Origin: an uncultured cyanobacterium
GTDB taxonomy: Bacteria; Cyanobacteriota; Cyanobacteriia; Cyanobacteriales; Geitlerinemataceae
Direction of reading: 5' to 3'
Assembly (NCBI GenBank): GCA_937121005.1
Contig: CAKZKB010000529.1
Span: 48,784 to 112,783 of the forward strand
Length of the DNA stretch: 64,000 nt
The position numbers and the translations under genes were made by a program. Below, in pieces: positions 8,292 to 15,732 of the stretch; within the stretch, counting starts at the first letter, position 1, and the number at the start of each line of letters is the position of its first letter. The notes under the pieces were generated by a model. That model saw nothing but the letters and a program-made list of their open reading frames with translations. It was not told where the DNA came from and ran no database searches.

Positions 8292-10172
8292 ATGCAAATG
8301 CCCCTTGACCTGTTCCCCGAGGTTCCGCTCCGATCCATAATAGGGTGTTTCCGTACTCTGGCAAAAACCGTGCATCCCACTCTGGCACTTCTCAGTTTAC
8401 CCGCAAGCCTTCTCCTGGTTTTCTCGAACCAGGCGATCGCCCAACTTCCCAACCCCAATACGCCGCCACCGCCCGATCGCCTTCCCACCGATTTTCCCGA
8501 TCGCTTCGACCCTGCTTTCGATACTGACATTTTCCCCGAACCTCCGGTTTCACCCGATTCCGAAGACTCCGATCGTCTAGAAATCGAGATCGAGGGGTTT
8601 GAATTTATCGGCAGTACCGTCTTCGATGAAGAAGATTTTACCGCCCTCAACGAACAATTGCAAGGGAGATTGCTCGGCGTTCCCATCACCTTCGATCGAC
8701 TCCTAGAAATTGAAGCGATCGTCGGCCAACTCTACCAAGCCGGTTGTGAAATACCCAACCCCTCCGAAACCGAGGATACGGAAAGCGACGGCGACTCTCA
8801 GTTGCGATCGCTGCTGCAACAACTCAATCCCGATGGCTGTTACATCAATTCGGGAGCCGTTCTCGTCGCCGGAGACGAATTCGATCTCGATACGGGGATT
8901 GTTCCTGTGCGAATTATTGAAGGTCGCGTTGAGGAAGGCGATCTCGATATCAAGATTGAAGGTCTCAGAGAGAATTATATTCGCAGCCGCCTGCAACGAG
9001 CCTTACAACCCCTCGATCGCAATGCTTTACTCGAAGCCTTACAATTGCTACAACTCGATCCGCGCATCGAAAGCATTTCCGCCCGACTTTCTGAAAGCGG
9101 ACGCTCCGATCGCGCCGCTCTCGATATTATCGTAGAAGTCGCCGATACTTTCAATACTCGCCTGTTTGCCGACAACGGACGCGCACCCACCGTCGGCACG
9201 TTTCGCCGAGGTGTCGAACTGAGCGACAACAACCTTTTTAATATCGGCGATCGTCTCAGTTTATCTTACACCAATACGGCGGGAAGTCACGCCGCCGATG
9301 GCAGTTATACCTTCCCCCTCAACTCCCGTAACGGAACCCTGAGACTGGCAGCAGGACTCACCGATACCGCAGTCATTGAAGAACCTTTCGATCGCGTGGA
9401 TATTGAAGGAAATTCCCGTTATTTCGAGTTGGGTGTGCGTCAACCTATCGTTCTCACCCCAAGCACAGAATTCGCCTTGGGGCTGACCGCTTCCCGCCAA
9501 GAAAGCGAAAGCACTCTGTTAGGAGATCCCTTTCCTTTATCCGCCGGAGCCAGCGACGATGGCGAAACTCGCATTTCCGCACTTCGCTTTTTTCAAGACT
9601 TTACTCGCCGCACTCGCAGCGATGTTTTTGCCTTGCGTTCTCAGTTGAGTTTGGGGTTAGGAGCCTTCGATGCTACAGTGAATAACGAGCGTCCAGATAG
9701 CGAGTTTTTCGCTTGGCGAGGACAAGCTCAGTACGTGCGTCGGTTGTCGGGAAGTACGCTACTTTTCTTGCGTTCCGACCTGCAATTTGCCAACGATGCC
9801 CTCATGCCATTAGAGCAGTTTGGCATTGGTGGCTTTCGCAGCGTTCGCGGCTACCGTCAAGATTCGTTGTTGACCGATAATGGCATTTTTACATCCGCCG
9901 AAGTGCAAATTCCGTTGTTAGAAATTGCTGACCTAGATGGACAGTTACAACTTGCCCCGTTTGTTGATTTTGGTGTAGGTTGGAACAATGCCGAGAGTGA
10001 GGATCCCGACCCCAATACTTTAATTGGTTTGGGGATTGGATTGCAGTGGCAAATGGGCGATCGCTTTTCGCTGCGCTTGGATTGGGGGATTCCTTTGACC
10101 GATGTAGAGTCCAACGATGAAACTCTACAAGAAAATGGGTTTTACTTCTCTGTAGACTACAACCCATTTTAG
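8292..10172 (+). CDS. TpsB: ShlB/FhaC/HecB-type outer-membrane transporter (POTRA plus beta-barrel)
   Basis: The ATG at 8292 (MQMPLD...) is followed by a signal peptide ending AIAQ. A POTRA-like region (IEIEGFEFIGSTVFDEEDF) follows. The C-terminal barrel ends in an aromatic residue (...FYFSVDYNPF). Confidence 0.85.
   Translation: MQMPLDLFPEVPLRSIIGCFRTLAKTVHPTLALLSLPASLLLVFSNQAIAQLPNPNTPPPPDRLPTDFPDRFDPAFDTDIFPEPPVSPDSEDSDRLEIEIEGFEFIGSTVFDEEDFTALNEQLQGRLLGVPITFDRLLEIEAIVGQLYQAGCEIPNPSETEDTESDGDSQLRSLLQQLNPDGCYINSGAVLVAGDEFDLDTGIVPVRIIEGRVEEGDLDIKIEGLRENYIRSRLQRALQPLDRNALLEALQLLQLDPRIESISARLSESGRSDRAALDIIVEVADTFNTRLFADNGRAPTVGTFRRGVELSDNNLFNIGDRLSLSYTNTAGSHAADGSYTFPLNSRNGTLRLAAGLTDTAVIEEPFDRVDIEGNSRYFELGVRQPIVLTPSTEFALGLTASRQESESTLLGDPFPLSAGASDDGETRISALRFFQDFTRRTRSDVFALRSQLSLGLGAFDATVNNERPDSEFFAWRGQAQYVRRLSGSTLLFLRSDLQFANDALMPLEQFGIGGFRSVRGYRQDSLLTDNGIFTSAEVQIPLLEIADLDGQLQLAPFVDFGVGWNNAESEDPDPNTLIGLGIGLQWQMGDRFSLRLDWGIPLTDVESNDETLQENGFYFSVDYNPF
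8309..8341 (+). repeat. 33-bp direct repeat, copy B (5' end of tpsB)
   Basis: CCTGTTCCCCGAGGTTCCGCTCCGATCCATAAT. See copy A at 7337-7369. Confidence 0.9.
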
Positions 10173-10182
10173 TTGCTTTGAC

Positions 10183-10842
10183 TCAAGCAAGGTTAGCAAT
10201 TTCGCTGTCGTTGATGACGATATAATCCCCTCGATAGTACCGTTCGGCGGCTGTTAGCATTCCGTTAACTAGCCAGCGATTGATGCCTGCGGAAACGGCT
10301 CCACCGAAAAATGGAATCCAGCCAACTCCGGCTTTTGCTGCCAATTTAGTGACAACTTTCGTAGCGGCTTTAGAAGCAGCTTTGGCGGCCAATTTACTGC
10401 CAAATTTTGAACTGCTTTTGAGAACGGCTTTCCCTACCAGTTTGCCCGCCATTTTTGCTGTCAATTTTCCCGACACTTTAATTCCCACTTTACCAACGGG
10501 AACGGTGACGGCGGTTTCTGCTAAGTCCGTCCACAACGCTAGAATCATATTCATGTCGCGATCGTAGTCTACTTCTCGCCCGAGAATATGTCCAATTCCG
10601 AAGCACCCCAAGGCTCCGACACGCCCGCAAAAGGCAATGTCAGGAATAATGGCAGCTAAACCAACCGGCCCGCCGATCGCTCCAGTTAAAGCCCCAGAAG
10701 CAATCACTTGAGCGAAGCATTCAAACCGCCATTCTTCTACAGTATAGTTCTTCATTTTGCGCTCTAAGGCGCGACGTTCTTGGGATGTACCGACGTTGCC
10801 CAAGTTTTTGAAGATTTCAGCGATGTTGTCTTGTACGCTCAT
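10183..10842 (-). CDS. Hypothetical protein with a Gly-rich hydrophobic core and a K/A-rich repeat segment
   Basis: It is a 219-aa ORF containing KLTAKMAGKLVGKAVLKSSSKFGSKLAAKAASKAATKVVTKLAAKAG. I recognise no family. Confidence 0.55.
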   Translation of the reverse strand: MSVQDNIAEIFKNLGNVGTSQERRALERKMKNYTVEEWRFECFAQVIASGALTGAIGGPVGLAAIIPDIAFCGRVGALGCFGIGHILGREVDYDRDMNMILALWTDLAETAVTVPVGKVGIKVSGKLTAKMAGKLVGKAVLKSSSKFGSKLAAKAASKAATKVVTKLAAKAGVGWIPFFGGAVSAGINRWLVNGMLTAAERYYRGDYIVINDSEIANLA

Positions 10843-10913
10843 GGTAGGGTCTCCGTGAAGTCTCGTTGTCTAGTCGGGAGCGATTTGAAAATTTATGCAG
10901 GGGACGAGAAAAT

Positions 10914-11114
10914 TTATTGGCTGAGGGGGCGATCGCCAAACGGTTCCATGACCGGAGGACAAGGAATTCGTCCCTCGGGCGTTTCTACATCGCAGTCGGC
11001 GGCGTTGCTGGCTGGTGCTATACTGAGAACAACGGCTAGAATGCCGCCGCGTAACAAAGTCTGTACCGTTCCCCAAGATTGGGAGGGTTTAGAAACGTTG
11101 GTTCCCCGATTCAT
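10914..11114 (-). CDS. Small secreted Cys peptide (66 aa), paralogue of 29500..29640
   Basis: An internal ATG follows AAGGAA. There is a signal-like segment GGILAVVLSIAPASNA, and the mature part is ADCDVETPEGRIPCPPV... Confidence 0.4.
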   Translation of the reverse strand: MNRGTNVSKPSQSWGTVQTLLRGGILAVVLSIAPASNAADCDVETPEGRIPCPPVMEPFGDRPLSQ

Positions 11115-11377
11115 AGGATTGTTTTCCTTGTGTGCTTCACTGGGGTATCGGGAAAGGAACGAGAAATTATGCAGGTTGTCGGGGACGATCGCGGAAATTT
11201 CAGGGATGCTAACAAGCTCGATCGCTGTTCTGGTGAAGGTTTGAGCGAGCGAGGCTTTTACGGAAAGGCGATCTTGCGTATAATGAGATCGGTTATAATC
11301 CTTACAAGCGCTCCCATATATCCTCAAAATAGTGACACTCTAATCCCGAAAACTATCTGTGTCCATCCTATTTATCT

Positions 11378-12208
11378 GTGGTTGCAATGACTCAAAGCAC
11401 TGAAAAAATCGTTCTCCCCCCTCCCTTTCCCGACCACACTCAACTACCGGAGTCTGATGGTACGTTCGTGAAAAACTTTCAAGAACATCCCCAAAGCATT
11501 ATTCTCACCGATTCCATTACTCCGGTTTTAGATAGAGTTCATCCCGACGGACAATACGCGATCGGACAAGATTGCGGCATCTATTGGCGAGAAACGCAGC
11601 CACCGGAAGCGGGAGCGGTTGCCCCAGATTGGTTTTATGTCGGGAATGTCTCGCCGAATTTAGACGGAAAAGTTCGACGATCTTATGTGCTGTGGCGCGA
11701 ATTTATGTCGCCGTTAATTGCTTTAGAATTTTCCAGTGGAAATGGTGACGAGGAGCGAGACAAAACCCCGTTATCGCGATCGAACTTAGATCGAGGTCGC
11801 AAACCGGGCAAGTTTTGGGTCTACGAAAACATCATCAAAATTCCCTACTATGGCATTTTTGTCATCAGCACGGGGAAACTAGAAATGTATAATTTGGCCA
11901 ACGGATGTTCTTATCAGAAGATGGCTCCGAACAATCGCGGCCACTACCCAGTTCCCGCTTTGGGTGTAGAATTGGGATTATGGCAGGGAAGCTATCAGCA
12001 TCAGACGCAACTGTGGTTGCGATGGTGGGATAGCGAGGGAAACCTGTTGCTGACTGGGTGGGAGCAAAATCAGTTAAGTTTGCTCCATGTGGAACAACAA
12101 CGAGAGCGAGCCGATCGCGAACAGCAACGGGCCGATCGCCAACAACAGCGAGCGGAGCAACTGGCCGCCCGCTTGCAAGAACTGGGTATCGATCCGGACG
12201 CGATATGA
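11378..12208 (+). CDS. Uma2-family (DUF820) putative endonuclease with a C-terminal Q/R-rich coiled coil
   Basis: LPESDGTFV, APDWFYV and PLIALEFSS motifs are present. The tail reads EQQRERADREQQRADRQQQRAEQLAARLQELGIDP. Confidence 0.8.
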   Translation: MVAMTQSTEKIVLPPPFPDHTQLPESDGTFVKNFQEHPQSIILTDSITPVLDRVHPDGQYAIGQDCGIYWRETQPPEAGAVAPDWFYVGNVSPNLDGKVRRSYVLWREFMSPLIALEFSSGNGDEERDKTPLSRSNLDRGRKPGKFWVYENIIKIPYYGIFVISTGKLEMYNLANGCSYQKMAPNNRGHYPVPALGVELGLWQGSYQHQTQLWLRWWDSEGNLLLTGWEQNQLSLLHVEQQRERADREQQRADRQQQRAEQLAARLQELGIDPDAI

Positions 12209-12249
12209 TATAATTTCTGTCATCTAGATTCGCGATCGCCATTGGGGCC

Positions 12250-15200
12250 ATGCCATCACAAGTCGCTACTATTGCCATTCCCCTCATGGGTGGAGTGCTG
12301 TTGGGAGTTCTACCCGCATCAGCACAACTGGTTCCCGACGCAACATTGGGAAACGAAAGCTCGATCGTGGTTCCGGGGGGCCAAATTGAGGGACTGGAGA
12401 GCGATCGCGTTGATGGGGGAGCGTTACGCGGCCCCAACTTGTTCCACAGTTTTCAAGAGTTTAATATCGATGAGGGACGGGGAGCCTATTTTGCGAACCC
12501 GGTTGGAGTTGAAAATATTCTCACTCGCGTCACCGGGAACAATCCCTCGAATATCCTGGGGACGTTAGGCGTTCTCGGGGATGCGGATTTGTTTTTTATC
12601 AATCCCAATGGCATTGTTTTCGGCCCCAATGCTCGCCTAGATTTGGGTGGATCGTTTGTGGGATCGACGGCGGATGGGTTGTTGTTTGACAGTGGATTTG
12701 AGTTTAGTGCCAGTAACCCGCAAGCACCGCCGTTGTTGGTGACGGATTTGCCGATGGGGTTGCAGTTTCGCGACAATCCGGGAAGTATTTTGAATTCTTC
12801 CCAAACGACAAATTCTGATGGATTGATTGTTGGTTTACAAGTCCAATCTGGAAATACATTAGGCTTGTTAGGGGGAGATATTGTTTTAGACTCGGGTAAT
12901 TTAACTGCATTTGACGGTCATATTGAGTTAGCTAGTATTGTTGGAGAAAATTCCGTTAATATAACTTTACTTGCTAATCCATTTACAATTGGTTTTGATT
13001 ATACGAATATTGACGAGTTTGGAGATATTCAATTATCTTTAACATCTGTTGTAGATGTAAGTGGCTTTGGTAGGGGGAATATTTTTTTATGGGGAAACAA
13101 CATCTTTTTATTAGATGGCTCGATATTGTTGTCAAATAATGAGGGTGGTTTTGAACAGGGACTAATTTATGTTAGTTCTTCCGGTCGATTAGAACTCTCT
13201 GGTATAAGATTGTCAAATGACGATCTGGCAATTGGCAGTTCTATCTCAAGCAGTTCGCAGCAAGAAGGGAGAGGCGCAAATATTTTTGTTGAAGCATCTG
13301 ATTTAAGGTTATTAGATGGAGGTCAAATAGCCGCCGTCACTGGAGGGTTAGGTGATGCTGGTAATATAACGATTAAATCAGAAAATATTGAAATAATCGG
13401 CGCTGATCCTAGCCGTATATTCACCCCAAGTGTTATTTCTTCATCTGTTCTACCTGGTGGGATTGGTGATGCAGGATCGGTACAAATTGAAACTGAACGT
13501 TTAATTATTTCTAGTGGCGGAGATGTACGGGCTTCAACCTTTGGCTTTGGTAATTCTGGAGATGTTGCTGTCTTTGCTTCTGATATCCAGTTGAGTGGTA
13601 TTTCTTCTTCTATTTCGACAAGTGCAAATAGTATTTCTGGTTTTGCAGGTAATTTGATGATTCAAGCCGATCGGGTGTTTGTTAGTGAAGGCGCAGAAAT
13701 ATCTACTCGATCTCAAGGTCAGGGAGATGCAGGGAGCATTTTTATACGGGCCAATCACGTAAATCTTACTGGTAGAAATGGTTTAGAAAATCCGAGTGCG
13801 ATTTCTAGCCGGGTTACACCAGGAGCGACAGGTAATGGTGGAAATATTACAATTGAAGCATCATTGCTCAGTATTCGTAATGGTGCTTCAATAGATTCAA
13901 GTATGTTTGGATTTGGCAATGCTGGTGATATCAATATTGAGTCTTCTGATGTAGTAGTTGATGGTTTTTTGGATCGTCCTAGTGGTATTAGCACAGCTAT
14001 TTTTGAGGGGATGGGAAAAGGAGGAGAATTGCACATAAATACAGAACGGTTGCAAATTTCAAATGGAGCCCAAGTCGGCTCAGGTACTTTTGGTATCGGA
14101 GATTCTGGAAATGTGATTATTGATGCTAGCAGCTTTGTGGAAATTATAGGAATTGGATTGATTGCAAGTTCTCTTGAGGCTGGTGCTGTAGGTACTGCTG
14201 GTTCTATTATAATTGAAACACCGAGATTAAGAATTGCAGATGGGGGCGAAATCTCATCTGCAACTTCAGGGTTTGGTGATGCAGGATCTATAAACATATT
14301 GGCGGATAATGTCACCGTTACGGGTATAGCTTTATCACCACAAAGAAATGCGAGTAATATCAGTGTAGGTACACAAACACAAGCATTGGGGAATGGAGGT
14401 CAAATTTCGATCGATGCTGAGGTTCTGAGTGTGTCTGATGGTGGGAGAATAGCCACCGATGCTCGTGGCATTGGTAATGCAGGAGATATTACAATTACGG
14501 CTTCTGATATAACGGTAGAAGGACTAAACTCTGAAACTGGCTTTCCTAGTTTATTCGGACTCAATATTAGTCCAAGTGCTAGAGGTCGAGCCGGAGATTT
14601 GATCGTGCAAACTGAACGTATAAGGGTTTTAAGTGGAGGACAGATAGCAGCAGCCACAGAAGGGAATGGCCCTTCTGGAAGCATTAGTATATTGGCTGAC
14701 GATTTAGTTCAAGTTGATGGTATCATTGATGAACTACAAATTCCTAGTACAATATCTGTATCCAGCCTCAGCGATTTCGTTGCAGGTAATTTAATGATTG
14801 ATACTAATAGACTAATTGTTAGTGATGGTGCTGAAATTTCTGCAAGGGGAGATTTTTTTGGGAGAGCCGGAAATCTGTCTATTCAGGCTAATTTTATACG
14901 ACTACAAGATGGAGCCAATATTGGTGCTGCTGCTTTGCGCTTTGAAGAAATTCCATTACTTGCCAATGTAACTGAACAGGGAAATTTAAGTATTGTTTCT
15001 GATGCTTTAGTTATGGAACAGGGAAGCCGAATAACAACTGACACTAGAAATGTGGAAAATGGAGGAAATATAACTATTGAGTCTGGAGTGATTGCTGGCA
15101 GAGGAAACAGCGATATTACAACTAATGCTACATCTGGTCGTGCTGGAAGGATAGAAATTACAAGTCAAGGGCTTTTAGGTATTGCTTTACGTTCAAGGGA

Positions 15201-15711
15201 AAACTTACAGATGCTATTGGGTACTAACGATCTGACGATTGAGAGTCCTATTGCTCTGCTAAGTAGTGATATTACTGCAATATCAGAACAAGGAGAACAA
15301 CAGGATGGGCAGACTATCTTCAATACCCCCGATGTAGACAGCACCCAAGGCATTCTCGAACTCCCCGAAGCTGTAGTCGATCCCAACGAACTGATTTCCC
15401 AAAACCCTTGTACTCAAGGAACCCGCAGCGAGTTTACCGATATCGGGCGTGGGGGAAGGAGTTCCAGCCCCGACGAAGTGCCCGATCGCGAAACGATTCC
15501 CGCCCCTTGGATCGATCCAGTAACACAGAGCGATCGCCCTACCGAGACAACCGACACCCTTGCCGATCGCCCCTCCCCAGAACCGATCGTCCCGGCGCGG
15601 GGATGGACAATAACCGAAAACGGTCGCGTCGAATTTACCGCCGACGGGCCTGCTACAATCCCTCTTAGCAGCCAACCGCGTTTGTCCCACCCTACCTGCA
15701 CCTCGCCCTAA
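12250..15711 (+). CDS. TpsA2: filamentous-haemagglutinin-type TPS exoprotein (1153 aa)
   Basis: The signal peptide ends ASAQ. TPS-domain motifs are NLFHSFQEFNI and DLFFINPNGIVFGPNARL. Long G/N/S-rich beta-helix repeats follow. It carries the conserved C-terminal module FNTPDVDSTQGILELPE...NPC...IVPARGW. Confidence 0.9.
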   Translation: MPSQVATIAIPLMGGVLLGVLPASAQLVPDATLGNESSIVVPGGQIEGLESDRVDGGALRGPNLFHSFQEFNIDEGRGAYFANPVGVENILTRVTGNNPSNILGTLGVLGDADLFFINPNGIVFGPNARLDLGGSFVGSTADGLLFDSGFEFSASNPQAPPLLVTDLPMGLQFRDNPGSILNSSQTTNSDGLIVGLQVQSGNTLGLLGGDIVLDSGNLTAFDGHIELASIVGENSVNITLLANPFTIGFDYTNIDEFGDIQLSLTSVVDVSGFGRGNIFLWGNNIFLLDGSILLSNNEGGFEQGLIYVSSSGRLELSGIRLSNDDLAIGSSISSSSQQEGRGANIFVEASDLRLLDGGQIAAVTGGLGDAGNITIKSENIEIIGADPSRIFTPSVISSSVLPGGIGDAGSVQIETERLIISSGGDVRASTFGFGNSGDVAVFASDIQLSGISSSISTSANSISGFAGNLMIQADRVFVSEGAEISTRSQGQGDAGSIFIRANHVNLTGRNGLENPSAISSRVTPGATGNGGNITIEASLLSIRNGASIDSSMFGFGNAGDINIESSDVVVDGFLDRPSGISTAIFEGMGKGGELHINTERLQISNGAQVGSGTFGIGDSGNVIIDASSFVEIIGIGLIASSLEAGAVGTAGSIIIETPRLRIADGGEISSATSGFGDAGSINILADNVTVTGIALSPQRNASNISVGTQTQALGNGGQISIDAEVLSVSDGGRIATDARGIGNAGDITITASDITVEGLNSETGFPSLFGLNISPSARGRAGDLIVQTERIRVLSGGQIAAATEGNGPSGSISILADDLVQVDGIIDELQIPSTISVSSLSDFVAGNLMIDTNRLIVSDGAEISARGDFFGRAGNLSIQANFIRLQDGANIGAAALRFEEIPLLANVTEQGNLSIVSDALVMEQGSRITTDTRNVENGGNITIESGVIAGRGNSDITTNATSGRAGRIEITSQGLLGIALRSRENLQMLLGTNDLTIESPIALLSSDITAISEQGEQQDGQTIFNTPDVDSTQGILELPEAVVDPNELISQNPCTQGTRSEFTDIGRGGRSSSPDEVPDRETIPAPWIDPVTQSDRPTETTDTLADRPSPEPIVPARGWTITENGRVEFTADGPATIPLSSQPRLSHPTCTSP

Positions 15712-15732
15712 TCTGCCATCAGGAGGAACCTC

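Noticed and set aside
12486-15386. Numerous 60-190-aa minus-strand ORFs inside tpsA1, tpsA2 and tpsA3 (for example 13755..14315, 26144..26650, 28361..28903, 5493..5918, 6147..6548)
   Set aside because: They are antisense shadows of long, stop-poor G/N/S/A-rich repeat coding sequence. Their Pro/Ser-rich translations mirror the sense repeats.
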